Of a DNA stretch of 64,000 nt, positions 1 through 9,460 are shown piece by piece (position 1 is the stretch's first letter; each line of letters opens with the position of its first letter). The stretch comes from Verrucomicrobiota bacterium. GTDB lineage: Bacteria > Verrucomicrobiota > Verrucomicrobiia > Limisphaerales > Palsa-1400. The DNA is taken from contig JBEKYR010000009.1 in assembly GCA_049510745.1 (NCBI GenBank), positions 64,001-128,000 of the forward strand, in the 5' to 3' direction. The notes beneath the pieces are model-generated. The model was not told where the DNA came from and made no database searches. It was given only the letters and a program-made list of their open reading frames with translations. The position numbers and the translations under genes are program-made.

Positions 1-1
1 T

Positions 2-1522
2 TATTTCTCGATCCAAGTGGGCCTGCGGGGGCTGACCCGCGTGCGGCAGGAAGTGTTCGCGCGCCTGCAACGGCTCTCGCTGCGTTTTCACCAGGGGGCC
101 AACGCGGGCGATTTGATTTACCGCGCTTCGTGGGACACCTACGCCTTCCAGACTTTGTTTCAGCAAGGGTTGATGACCTTCGTCACCGCGCTGCTTTCGC
201 TCCTGCTCATGGTCTGCATCATGGCGCGGCTCAATGGGCCGCTGACGCTGGTGGCGCTGGCGCTGGCGCCGCTGCTGGTCATGGGCATCCGTGTCTTTGG
301 CCGGGCCATGCGCGAACGGACGGCCCTGGCCCAACAAGCCGACAGCCGCGTGACCTCGCTGGTCCAGCAAAGCATCGCCGCGCTGCCGCTGACGCAAAGT
401 TACACGCGCGAAGAGTACGAGGCGGGGCGCTTCCAGGCGCAAGCGGTCGAGGCGCAGGCGCGGCGGCTTTCCCAGCACGGCAGCGAGCTGGCTTATGGGT
501 TTGTCGTTGCCGCGATTTTTGGATTGGGCGCGGCGCTGACGGCGTGGCTCGGGGCCAGGCAGGTGCTGGCGGGGGCGCTGAGCATCGGGCAACTGTTGGT
601 CTTCCTCTCCTACCTGCTCCAGCTTTACGAACCGCTCAACCAATTGTCCTTCGTCGGCGCGACCGTCGCCGGGGCGACGGCCGGGGCGCGGCGCGTTTTT
701 GAGATTCTCGACACGCCGGAGAGCGTCCCGGATGGGACGCGGACGCTGAGTTTGGAACCCCGACTGGTTTCGGGGCAGGAATCCAATCCTCCTTCGCCAG
801 CGCCGCGGAGGATAGGGATTCAAAGTCTCGCGTTCCGGGGGGTGTCGTTCGCTTATGAGCCGGGACGCGAGGTATTGCGCGAGGTCACCTTCTCGCTGCA
901 AAGCGGGGAGGCGGCGGCGGTGATCGGGCCGAGCGGGGCGGGCAAGAGCACCCTGCTCCATTTGTTGCCCCGGTTCTTCGATCCGACGCGCGGGGGCATC
1001 GAGTTGGACGGGGTTGATTTGCGGGAATTCCGCCTGCAAGACCTCCGCCGCCAGATGGCGCTGGTCTCGCAGGAACCGATCATTCTGCCCGCCACCGTGG
1101 CCGAAAACATCGCCTACGGCAAACCCGGCGCGGCGGCGGAGGAGATTGCGGCGGCGGCGCGGGCGGCGAACGCGGCGGCCTTCATCGAGAAACTTCCGCA
1201 ACAATTCCAGACCCGCATTGGCGAAGGCGCCGCGCGGTTGAGCGCGGGCGAACGGCAGCGGATCAACCTGGCGCGCGCTTTTTTGAAGGACGCGCCCATC
1301 CTGCTGCTGGACGAACCGACCAGCGCGCTGGACGCGGAGAGCGAGAGGCTGATCGCCGAGAGCCTGCGGGAGTTGTTGCGCGGGCGCATCGCCCTGATCG
1401 TGGCGCACCGCCTGGCCACCATTGCCGGCTTGCCCCGCGCGCTGGCGCTGAAGGAGGGACGGCTGACCGAGATGCGCACGACCGAGAGGGCGCATCCCGG
1501 TTCTTGGCAACCCTCTGGTTAA
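2..1522 (+). CDS. ABC transporter fused permease/ATP-binding protein (5'-truncated by window edge)
   Basis: TM segments followed by Walker A GPSGAGKST, signature LSAGERQR, Walker B ILLLDEPT; frame open to the window start. Confidence 0.9.
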   Translation, partial: YFSIQVGLRGLTRVRQEVFARLQRLSLRFHQGANAGDLIYRASWDTYAFQTLFQQGLMTFVTALLSLLLMVCIMARLNGPLTLVALALAPLLVMGIRVFGRAMRERTALAQQADSRVTSLVQQSIAALPLTQSYTREEYEAGRFQAQAVEAQARRLSQHGSELAYGFVVAAIFGLGAALTAWLGARQVLAGALSIGQLLVFLSYLLQLYEPLNQLSFVGATVAGATAGARRVFEILDTPESVPDGTRTLSLEPRLVSGQESNPPSPAPRRIGIQSLAFRGVSFAYEPGREVLREVTFSLQSGEAAAVIGPSGAGKSTLLHLLPRFFDPTRGGIELDGVDLREFRLQDLRRQMALVSQEPIILPATVAENIAYGKPGAAAEEIAAAARAANAAAFIEKLPQQFQTRIGEGAARLSAGERQRINLARAFLKDAPILLLDEPTSALDAESERLIAESLRELLRGRIALIVAHRLATIAGLPRALALKEGRLTEMRTTERAHPGSWQPSG

Positions 1523-1640
1523 CAAGAGACAATGGCTCGCCCCACTCAGGCGCAAAAGAACGACCAATGTAACGCCTCAGTGACGCCGGGAAAAAGCGGA
1601 CCTTTAAAAAAATTTTCATTTTGCCGTCTGCACATTTTCC

Positions 1641-1670
1641 TTGACAAAGGGAGAGAATCGAGTCTAGCAT
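1641..1670 (+). promoter_or_regulatory. sigma70-like promoter, copy 1 of hairpin unit
   Basis: TTGACA (1641-1646), 18 nt, TAGCAT (1665-1670); similar sequence recurs at 13593-13621. Confidence 0.6.
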
Positions 1671-1702
1671 ACCCGCATTGCGGCTTTCAATGCGGGTATG
1701 CT
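1666..1702. repeat. perfect 15-bp inverted repeat with 7-nt loop, copy 1
   Basis: AGCATACCCGCATTG-CGGCTTT-CAATGCGGGTATGCT; 25-nt core identical to 13623-13647. Confidence 0.95.
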
Positions 1703-1887
1703 GCGATTTCGTCTTCGCCCCAATCTCTGGCGATGTTCTCGATCTGTTTGCCGAATGGTCACTCTTGTCCAGGAACGATTTCCGCCGGCGACGCCCGCCG
1801 TTGCCAAGGCTTCCGTCTTCGTTAAAACTCCGGCGGACAAGTTGGCGGACCAGCCGACGCGTGCGACCGACGCGGTCGCACTTCTGA
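1690..1887 (+). CDS. putative small protein, homologous to the segment at 13664-13741
   Basis: ATG inside the hairpin 3' arm; FAPISGDVLDLFAEWSLLSRNDFRR aligns ungapped to [25 protein letters not shown] (12/25 identical). Confidence 0.45.
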   Translation: MRVCCDFVFAPISGDVLDLFAEWSLLSRNDFRRRRPPLPRLPSSLKLRRTSWRTSRRVRPTRSHF

Positions 1888-2002
1888 AAAGTCACCAAGG
1901 AATCGAGTGTGCCGCGTGCCGTCTTTCCTAATGACGAAACTGACCGAGAGCCGGGCGCAGAGCGCGCTTGATTATTCGCGGCGAAGCGGACATGCTCCCG
2001 GA

Positions 2003-2257
2003 ATGGGCCTGCCAAATACGCCACTGACGTTGACTCCGGAGCAGCTCAAGGAGCTGAACCAGAAGCTTTCGCACATGCGCCACGAGATCAACAATCAACT
2101 CTCGCTTATTGTGGCCGCACTGGAATTGATCCGCTTCAAGCCGGATTTGCGGGACAGGATGCTGGACACGCTCAGCCAGCAGCCGCCCAAGATCATGGCG
2201 GAAGTGGCCAAGTTCTCCGCCGAATTCGAGCAGGCCCTGGGCATCACCCGGGAGTAG
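2003..2257 (+). CDS. small stand-alone HisKA-like (H-box) protein
   Basis: LSHMRHEINNQLSLIVAALELI resembles a kinase H-box; 84 aa, no ATPase domain; TTGATT-17-CATGCT 6 nt before ATG. Confidence 0.65.
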   Translation: MGLPNTPLTLTPEQLKELNQKLSHMRHEINNQLSLIVAALELIRFKPDLRDRMLDTLSQQPPKIMAEVAKFSAEFEQALGITRE

Positions 2258-2300
2258 GGCGGCCGCCTCGGAAAGGCCCGGCGCGGAGGGGGAAGGAACG

Positions 2301-2419
2301 CAATTTCCAATTTAAAATTTTCAATGACCAATTTTCAATGGCCTTCCAGACCTCGGGACTTGATTGGAGGATTATTGGGAATTGAAAATTTGTAATTGAC
2401 AATTTTAAATTTGCAATTG
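2301..2419. repeat. AT-rich imperfect inverted repeat built of ~7-nt units
   Basis: arm 2302-2339 vs reverse complement of 2381-2418 is 33/38 identical. Confidence 0.9.
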
Positions 2420-2487
2420 GCAACCCCGCCCCCGGCGGCGGGCATCTTGTGCTTTGTCTCCCGGAGCTTTGCTGGCACATTGGCGGG

Positions 2488-3063
2488 ATGGACCGAACCG
2501 ACGCGGAGTTGATTGCCGCCGTGAAAAACGGCGATGCCGCCAGCTTCGAGCCGCTGGTGCAGAAGTACCAGGGGCGGGTCTTTGCCACCGCCCGCCGCTA
2601 CGCCCGGCGCGAAAGCGAAGTTGAAGACATCGTGCAGGAGGTCTTTATCAAGGCCTTCCAGAAACTGGACGGTTTCCGGGGCGAGGCGCCGTTCGAGCAT
2701 TGGCTGATGCGCCTGGCGGTGCGGACGTGCTACGATTTTTTGCGCGGGCACCAACGCAACCGCGAGACGGTCTTCACCGAATTGACCGGGCCGGAAAACG
2801 ATTGGCTGGACCGCTTTGCCGTCGCGCCGGACCACGCCAGCGAGGAGGCGGAGGCGGCGCGGCAGTTGGTGGACAAGGTGTTGGAACGGCTCTCGCCGCC
2901 GGCGCGGCTGGTGATTACCTTGCTGGAGATCGAGGAGAGGCCGGTGAAGGAAATCGCCCGGATCACCGGCTGGTCGGTGACGCTGGTCAAGGTGCGGGCC
3001 TTTCGCGCGCGGGCGGAAATGCGAAGAATTCTGGCAAGGATCGCCAAAGACAAGTACCTGTAA
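2488..3063 (+). CDS. ECF RNA polymerase sigma factor
   Basis: region 2 EDIVQEVFIKAF...FEHWLMRLAVRTCYD; region 4 EIARITGWSVTLVKVRAFRAR. Confidence 0.93.
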   Translation: MDRTDAELIAAVKNGDAASFEPLVQKYQGRVFATARRYARRESEVEDIVQEVFIKAFQKLDGFRGEAPFEHWLMRLAVRTCYDFLRGHQRNRETVFTELTGPENDWLDRFAVAPDHASEEAEAARQLVDKVLERLSPPARLVITLLEIEERPVKEIARITGWSVTLVKVRAFRARAEMRRILARIAKDKYL

Positions 3064-3101
3064 CCCCAAGGCGGCCCCAGCCGTCTGAAAAAAGTGGTTG
3101 T

Positions 3102-3410
3102 ATGAATTTGAATGAGTTGCACGCCAAGTTGATCGCCGCCGCGCGGAAGAATCCCCCCGGCGGCCATGTCCCCTACGCGTTTGAGAAGCGGATCATGAGC
3201 CATCTGGCCGCGCGTCCCGCGCCCAACCTTTGGGCGCTGTGGGGCGGGCCGCTGTGGCGCGCCGCCCTCTCCTGCGTGGCCATCACCGTCTTGTGCGGTC
3301 TCTGGTCTTTTGCCGCGCACCGCGCCGCGGACGATGCCGGCAGTTTTTCGCAGGACTTTGACGCGGCGGTTTTCGCGCCCTTGAATGAGCACCTCGAGGA
3401 GGCGTGGTGA
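3102..3410 (+). CDS. putative single-TM anti-sigma factor
   Basis: directly after ECF gene; VPYAFEKRIM motif and one hydrophobic segment. Confidence 0.65.
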   Translation: MNLNELHAKLIAAARKNPPGGHVPYAFEKRIMSHLAARPAPNLWALWGGPLWRAALSCVAITVLCGLWSFAAHRAADDAGSFSQDFDAAVFAPLNEHLEEAW

Positions 3411-3880
3411 GCCCTTGGAAGGTCATCCTGGCGACCATGGTGATCTTCGCCTGTGGCATCCTCACCGGCGCGCTGGTGATGAAAGCCGACCGGCCGCCAG
3501 CCATCGTCCCCCCTGCTCCGCAGCCGTTGGCGGCCAGCCTCAGGAACCCCGCGCCACCCTGGTGGCAATTGCAAAGGCTGGAGTTTTTCAAAAGGATGGA
3601 GAAGCAGTTGGACCTGGCGCCGGAGCAGCGGGAACAAATTGACCTGATCCTCAAGGAGAGCCAGGAGCGGACCAAGCCGTTGTGGGACCAGATCGCTCCG
3701 CAAATGACCGGGGAATTAAAGCGCGTCCGCCAGGAAGTCAACAAGGTGCTCACGCCCGAGCAGCGAAAGAAGATGAATGAATTGACGCGCCGCGGCCGCA
3801 AGTCCGACGCCGGCCCGCTCACCAACAGCCCCTCTTGGCGTCCGCCGCAAGCGCCCGAAGCCGAGGCCGGCCCGCGCTAG
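3404..3880 (+). CDS. periplasmic Spy/CpxP-like protein
   Basis: N-terminal TM; LDLAPEQREQ and VLTPEQRKK LTxxQ-like motifs; third gene of ECF trio. Confidence 0.7.
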   Translation: MVSPWKVILATMVIFACGILTGALVMKADRPPAIVPPAPQPLAASLRNPAPPWWQLQRLEFFKRMEKQLDLAPEQREQIDLILKESQERTKPLWDQIAPQMTGELKRVRQEVNKVLTPEQRKKMNELTRRGRKSDAGPLTNSPSWRPPQAPEAEAGPR

Positions 3881-3930
3881 TTCGAGAATTTCATTTTAAA
3901 AAAAGCTGTCTGGCGCTAATCTCCCGCCAG

Positions 3931-4836
3931 ATGCAAGCCCTGTTGGAAACGCCCTGGGCTGAAGAGGGTTCTTTGAGGCGCCGCGAACGGAAGGCTTTCC
4001 GCGCCGCAGCGCGGGCGTTTAGTTTGATCGAGTTGATGGTGGTGATTGTCATCATCGCGATCATGGCGGCGTTGCTGTTGCCCGTGCTGTCCAAGGCCAG
4101 GCAGCAGTCCGCTGCCGCCGGCTGCCTGGGCAACCAAAAACAATTGGTCACCGCCTTGCGCATGTACACGGAGGACAATGGCGATCGCATCGTGCAGATG
4201 GCCGATTACACGACGGGGCGCGAGATCTACCCGGCCGGCGGCTTTTGGGGGGGGCCGCAGCCACTCCCAAGCACCTGGACCAACGCCAGTTGCGCCTTGG
4301 CGGCGGTGCAGAGGGGCTTGACGGGCAGCAACGCCCTTTATTTCTATTGCAACAATCTGGGTTCGTATCATTGCCCGGGAGACATGCGAGACACGCGCGT
4401 TCCCTCCACCAACAGCCCCAACGGATGGGCTTACGACAGCTATGCGCGGACGCAGAACCTCGGAGGAGAACCGTATCGGAATTACTGGGGCGCCAAGGCC
4501 ACTTACACCAAAATGTCGGCCATCCAGCAACCCAGCGCGACCTTCTCCATGATGGAAGGGGCCGATTGGCGCGGCTACAACGTGGGCACCTGGGTGGTCG
4601 TTTGGTCCGGAGACGGTTTCCAGTGGAAGGACCCGCCCGCCACGTCCCACAACAAAGTCAGCTCCGTGGGTTTCGCCGACGGCCACGGAGTATTGCACAA
4701 GTGGACCGACCCCGCCGTCGCCGCCGCCGGCCAAGGGGCAGCCCAGGGGTTTTCCAAAACCAACTGGACAGGGGCGACCAACGGCCCGGATTACTTTTTC
4801 GTCTATAACGGGTATCTGTTTCCGGGTCATCGTTAG
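3931..4836 (+). CDS. prepilin-type N-terminal cleavage/methylation protein with H-X9-DG domain (DUF1559-like)
   Basis: AFSLIELMVVIVIIAIMAALLLPVLSKAR; YHCPGD; HNKVSSVGFADGH. Confidence 0.9.
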   Translation: MQALLETPWAEEGSLRRRERKAFRAAARAFSLIELMVVIVIIAIMAALLLPVLSKARQQSAAAGCLGNQKQLVTALRMYTEDNGDRIVQMADYTTGREIYPAGGFWGGPQPLPSTWTNASCALAAVQRGLTGSNALYFYCNNLGSYHCPGDMRDTRVPSTNSPNGWAYDSYARTQNLGGEPYRNYWGAKATYTKMSAIQQPSATFSMMEGADWRGYNVGTWVVVWSGDGFQWKDPPATSHNKVSSVGFADGHGVLHKWTDPAVAAAGQGAAQGFSKTNWTGATNGPDYFFVYNGYLFPGHR

Positions 4837-4904
4837 GCGGGCCATAAGACTCCGCCCTGGATTTCCAATCAGGCCGCCTGCGATGAGCCGGGGCGGCGGG
4901 CGAA

Positions 4905-4922
4905 TTGTCACGAAATTGTCAC
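4905..4922 (+). promoter_or_regulatory. Pho box-like direct repeat
   Basis: TTGTCAC-GAAA-TTGTCAC, 11-bp period, upstream of pstS. Confidence 0.8.
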
Positions 4923-4998
4923 ACGAAATTCCTTCCGTTGCCATGCGGAACCGCTATGAAGGTCACTGTCCGTGAATGTTTTTCCACAGACCCATAAC

Positions 4999-6021
4999 AT
5001 GAGAAGCGTCCAATTCCTGACAAAACTTGCGGTCCTGGCGGCGATGGCGGTGGGGGGCGCGGGAGAGGTTTCCGCGCAATTGCTCATCAACGGCGCGGGC
5101 GCCACCTTTCCCTATCCCATCTATTCCAAGTGGTTTTACGAATACAGCAAGGTCGATCCGACCGTTCACTTCAATTACCAATCCATCGGCTCGGGCGGCG
5201 GACAGAGACAGATTCTGGAAGGGACGGTCGATTTTGGCGCGTCCGACGGCCCGATGAGCGACGAAAACCTGGCCAAGGCGCGGTCCAAAATCCTGCACAT
5301 CCCGACGGTGGCGGGGGCCGATGTGGTCACATATAATTTGCCGGGCAACCCCCGGCTCAACCTGGACGGCCCGGCCATCGCCGGCATCTTCCTGGGGAAG
5401 ATCACCAAGTGGAACGATCCGCGCCTGGCCGCGCAGAATCCCGGGGTGACTCTGCCCGATTCGGACATTGAAGTGGTGCATCGTTCCGACGGGAGCGGGA
5501 CGACTTACATTTTCGCCGATTACCTCAGCAGCGTCAGCCCGGAGTGGGAAACGAAGGTCGGGCGCGGCACGTCGGTCAATTGGCCGACGGGCCTTGGGGC
5601 CAAGGGCAACGAGGGAGTCACCGGGCAGGTCAAACAGATGCCGCTCTCCATCGGCTACGTGGAGCTGGTGTATGCCATTCAAAACAAGCTGCCCTACGCC
5701 AGCGTCAAGAATGCGGCGGGAAATTACATCGGGCCTTCCATCGACTCGGTCTCGGCGGCGCTGGCCGCGGCGAAGATTCCGGCCGATTTCCGCTTTTCCA
5801 TGGTCAATCCCTCCGGCGAGAGGGCCTACCCGATCGCCGGGGCGACCTGGCTTTTGGTGTACCAGCAGCAGCACGACCCGCAGAAAGGCAGGAAAATGGT
5901 CGAGTTTCTCAAGTGGGCGATGAAAGAGGGAGAGCGGATGGCGCCTCCGCTCAATTACGCCCCGCTGCCCGCCAGCCTGGTGGAGCGGGTGCTGGCGGAA
6001 ATTGGCGAAATCAAATACTGA
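4999..6021 (+). CDS. pstS: phosphate ABC transporter substrate-binding protein
   Basis: GAGATFPYPIY, YQSIGSGGG, HRSDGSGTT motifs. Confidence 0.96.
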   Translation: MRSVQFLTKLAVLAAMAVGGAGEVSAQLLINGAGATFPYPIYSKWFYEYSKVDPTVHFNYQSIGSGGGQRQILEGTVDFGASDGPMSDENLAKARSKILHIPTVAGADVVTYNLPGNPRLNLDGPAIAGIFLGKITKWNDPRLAAQNPGVTLPDSDIEVVHRSDGSGTTYIFADYLSSVSPEWETKVGRGTSVNWPTGLGAKGNEGVTGQVKQMPLSIGYVELVYAIQNKLPYASVKNAAGNYIGPSIDSVSAALAAAKIPADFRFSMVNPSGERAYPIAGATWLLVYQQQHDPQKGRKMVEFLKWAMKEGERMAPPLNYAPLPASLVERVLAEIGEIKY

Positions 6022-6095
6022 TTTCGATTGCCTGGATTGCAGGAGGCGCCCGGCCCGGGCGGGCAGGACGCCGCAACTTGTTTTATGCTTTGTCT

Positions 6096-7067
6096 ATGAA
6101 CGCCGCCGCCGCGCGCCAAACCAGTTCCGGGCGGAGAATTCTCCTCTCTCCTCCCTCCAAAACCGGCGACGCTGCCTTCAAGCTCCTGACCTGGTCGATG
6201 GCGATGGTCGTGTTTGCGCTGATTGTCATCCTCGGCGTGGAGTTGTGTTACGGAGCGCGCCTGTCGCTCAAGCTTTCCGGCTGGCGCTTCCTGGTGCGAT
6301 CGGGTTGGGACCCGGTGACCAACGACTTCGGCGCCCTGCCGTGCATCGCCGGCACCTTCGTGTCCTCGCTGCTGGGATTGGCCCTCGCGCTGCCCTTGAG
6401 CCTGGCCGCGGCAATCTACTTGACGGAACTGGCGCCGGGCTGGCTGCGGCAGCCGGTCATCTCTTTGGTTGAAATGCTGGCGGCCATTCCCAGCGTCATC
6501 CTGGGCCTTTGGGGAATGTACGTGATGGTTCCCTGGCTGCGCGACGGGCTGTATCCCGTCTTGAAAAAGCTCTTCGGCTTCCTGCCGTGCTTTCAGGGGC
6601 CGATTGGCGGGGGGTTTTGCGTTCTTTCCGCCGCCATCATTCTCGCCATTATGATCGTGCCCATCATCACCTCCATCTCGCGCGAGGTCTTTCGCGCCGT
6701 CCCGGACACGCAGCGGGAGGCCGCCTTTGCCCTGGGGGCAACGCGCTGGGAGGTGACGCGCCTGGCCGTGCTGAACGGTTCGACCCGCGGCATCTTCGGG
6801 GCCGCCATGCTCGGACTGGGACGGGCTTTGGGCGAAACGATGGCCGTGACCATGGTCATCGGAAACCGGCACGGATTTTCCCCCTCGCTCTTCGCTCCAG
6901 GCTCCACTCTGGCCAGCGCCATCGCCAACGAATTTGCCGAGGCCACGACCGACCTGTTTTCGAGCGCCTTGTTTGAATTCGGCCTGGTGCTGCTGCTGGT
7001 GACGATTGTCACCAACATCCTGGCCCGCCTGTTATTGCGGGCGGTGGGCGGCCCCCAACACGCTTAA
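6096..7067 (+). CDS. pstC: phosphate ABC transporter permease
   Basis: EMLAAIPSVILGLWG, REAAFALGATRWE, GRALGETMAVTMVIG. Confidence 0.95.
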   Translation: MNAAAARQTSSGRRILLSPPSKTGDAAFKLLTWSMAMVVFALIVILGVELCYGARLSLKLSGWRFLVRSGWDPVTNDFGALPCIAGTFVSSLLGLALALPLSLAAAIYLTELAPGWLRQPVISLVEMLAAIPSVILGLWGMYVMVPWLRDGLYPVLKKLFGFLPCFQGPIGGGFCVLSAAIILAIMIVPIITSISREVFRAVPDTQREAAFALGATRWEVTRLAVLNGSTRGIFGAAMLGLGRALGETMAVTMVIGNRHGFSPSLFAPGSTLASAIANEFAEATTDLFSSALFEFGLVLLLVTIVTNILARLLLRAVGGPQHA

Positions 7068-7073
7068 CCCCCC

Positions 7074-7928
7074 ATGAACCCTCTCTATCATCGGTGGAGG
7101 AAAGCGAAGAGTTCGATGGTCTCGGCGCTTTGTTTTGCGTGCGCGCTGATGGTGATCCTGCCGCTGGCGCTGGTGCTCTTTCACCTGGTGCGCATGGGGG
7201 CCAGTTCGGTCGATTGGGCGTTTCTGACGCAGCTCCCAAAACCGGCCGGCGAAGCGGGCGGCGGCATGGCCAACGCCATCGTCGGCAGTTTGATTCTCAT
7301 CGGTCTGGCTGCGCTGATCGGTGTTCCCATCGGTGTCCTGGGGGGCGTCTATCTCTCCGAATACGCCTCGGACCGCTTGAGCTGGAGCGTCCGATTCGCC
7401 GCGGATATTTTGAACGGCACCCCGTCGATTGTCTGGGGGATGGTCGTTTATGCGCTGGTGGTCATGCCGATGAAGGGAGCGTCGGCTTACGCCGGCGGGC
7501 TGGCGCTGGGATTCATCATGATCCCGCTGGTCATCCGCACGACGGAAGAGATGCTCAATTTGGTGCCCAATACTTACCGCGAAGCCGCCCTGGCCCTGGG
7601 CATCCCCAAGTGGAAAAGCGTGGTGTTCATCGTCCTCAAGACCGCCGGCAAAGGCATCATCACCGGCGTGCTGCTGGCCTGCTCGCGCGTCGCCGGCGAG
7701 ACCGCGCCGCTGCTCTTCACCGCTTCGGGCAACCAATTCTGGAGCCGCAATCTTTCCGAACCGACCGCCTCGTTGCCCCGGCAGATTTACGACTACTCCA
7801 TCGGCCCTTACGACGACTGGCACCGGCAGGCCTGGGCCGGCGCTTTGATTTTGATTCTGGTCGCCCTTGCCATTAACGTTGGGGTGCGGATACTGACGCG
7901 GGGAAGCAGTCCGAGGCTGGTCAAATGA
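7074..7928 (+). CDS. pstA: phosphate ABC transporter permease
   Basis: [31 protein letters not shown]. Confidence 0.95.
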   Translation: MNPLYHRWRKAKSSMVSALCFACALMVILPLALVLFHLVRMGASSVDWAFLTQLPKPAGEAGGGMANAIVGSLILIGLAALIGVPIGVLGGVYLSEYASDRLSWSVRFAADILNGTPSIVWGMVVYALVVMPMKGASAYAGGLALGFIMIPLVIRTTEEMLNLVPNTYREAALALGIPKWKSVVFIVLKTAGKGIITGVLLACSRVAGETAPLLFTASGNQFWSRNLSEPTASLPRQIYDYSIGPYDDWHRQAWAGALILILVALAINVGVRILTRGSSPRLVK

Positions 7929-7938
7929 GCCAGATGCC

Positions 7939-8781
7939 ATGACAAATGAGAGCCAATTTTCTGTGAAAGCCGAGCCACCACCGCCGGCTCTTGGCCCGCC
8001 CCCAAAGCGCGCCCCGGCCCCGCCCGGCGTCACCTTTGACGTGCAGGGTTTGAAGGTTTGGTTCGCCGCCCACCAGGTGCTCTTTGACGTTTCCCTCCAG
8101 ATTCCGCCCAAGGCCGTCACGGCGATCATCGGCCCCAGCGGCTGCGGCAAATCCACCTTCCTCCGCAGCTTGAATCGCATGCACGACCTGGCGCCGGGCG
8201 CCCGCGTCGAAGGGCGGATCACGTTGTTCGGCGAAGACCTTTACGCCCGGCAAGTCGATCCCACGCTGGTCCGCCGGCGCGTCGGCATGGTCTTCCAAAA
8301 ATCCAATCCCTTTCCGACCATGTCCATTGCCGACAACGTCATTGTCGGCCTCAAGCTCAACGGCGTCCGGCAGAAATCGCTTTTGCGGGAGCGGCTGGAA
8401 CAGACCTTGCGCATGGCGGCGCTGTGGGACGAAGTCAAAGACCGCCTGCACGCCCACGCCTTGAGCCTCTCCGGCGGACAGCAGCAACGGTTGTGCATCG
8501 CCCGCGCCCTGGCCATCGAACCGGAAGTGTTGCTGATGGATGAACCGGCCTCCGCCCTTGACCCGCTGGCCACCGCCAAGATCGAGGAACTCATCCTCGA
8601 ATTGCGCAAGCAGTTTACCATCGTCATCGTCACCCACAACATGCAACAGGCCTCGCGCGTCTCCGATTTCACCGCCTTTTTTTACCTGGGCAGGCTCGTC
8701 GAGGTCGATCAGACCAAGAAACTCTTCACCAACCCGAAGGACAAACAAACGGAGGATTACGTCACTGGCCGGTTTGGCTGA
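7939..8781 (+). CDS. pstB: phosphate ABC transporter ATP-binding protein
   Basis: [24 protein letters not shown]-terminal [10 protein letters not shown]. Confidence 0.97.
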   Translation: MTNESQFSVKAEPPPPALGPPPKRAPAPPGVTFDVQGLKVWFAAHQVLFDVSLQIPPKAVTAIIGPSGCGKSTFLRSLNRMHDLAPGARVEGRITLFGEDLYARQVDPTLVRRRVGMVFQKSNPFPTMSIADNVIVGLKLNGVRQKSLLRERLEQTLRMAALWDEVKDRLHAHALSLSGGQQQRLCIARALAIEPEVLLMDEPASALDPLATAKIEELILELRKQFTIVIVTHNMQQASRVSDFTAFFYLGRLVEVDQTKKLFTNPKDKQTEDYVTGRFG

Positions 8782-8800
8782 AAGAGCGTAAGGTTGTGGT

Positions 8801-9460
8801 ATGCAAAAGTATTTTGACGACGAACTGGCCGCGTTCAAGGAGAAGCTCCTCACGATGGGCAGCTACGCCGAGAGCGCCGTCAGCCAGGCCGTCCAGGCCC
8901 TGACCGACCGCAACGACAAGCTGGCCCGCCAGGTGCAGGAAAACGACGACATCATGGACCAGTTCGAAATGGAAATCGACGACATGGCCATCAGCCTCCT
9001 GTCCAAGGCGCCGCTGGCCTCGGATCTGCGCCTGATCACCGTCGCCATGAAGATTTCGCAAAACCTGGAACGGGTCGGCGACGAGGCGACCACCATCTCC
9101 CGGCGCGCCATCGAATTGAACCAGGAACCGCAGCTCAAAGCCTACATCGACATCCCGCGCATGGCCGCCATGGCCCTGGGCCTGCTCAAGGAATCCCTCG
9201 ACGCCTTTGTCAACAAACAGGCTGAAAAGGCGCGCGCGGTCGTCCCGCGGGACAAAGAGGTCGATGGCTTGAACCGGCAGTTCTACCGCGAATTGTCCGG
9301 CTACATGGTCGAAAATCCCGCCACCATCGGCCGCTGCCTGAATTTGATGACCATTTCCAAGAGCCTGGAGCGCGTCGCCGACCACGCCGCCAACATCGCG
9401 GAGGAAGTGGTCTATTTGTGCGAAGCCCGCGATATCCGCCACGAGGCCCACAAGTTATGA
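8801..9460 (+). CDS. phoU: phosphate signalling protein PhoU
   Basis: PLASDLR, LERVGD, LERVADHAANIAEEV. Confidence 0.95.
   Translation: MQKYFDDELAAFKEKLLTMGSYAESAVSQAVQALTDRNDKLARQVQENDDIMDQFEMEIDDMAISLLSKAPLASDLRLITVAMKISQNLERVGDEATTISRRAIELNQEPQLKAYIDIPRMAAMALGLLKESLDAFVNKQAEKARAVVPRDKEVDGLNRQFYRELSGYMVENPATIGRCLNLMTISKSLERVADHAANIAEEVVYLCEARDIRHEAHKL

Noticed and set aside
1666..1702. 37-nt hairpin as a CRISPR repeat (minus strand contains ATTGAAAG)
   Set aside because: Only two copies 12 kb apart, fully palindromic, no spacer array and no cas genes.
1664..1702. CIRCE element
   Set aside because: Does not match TTAGCACTC-N9-GAGTGCTAA in sequence or spacing.
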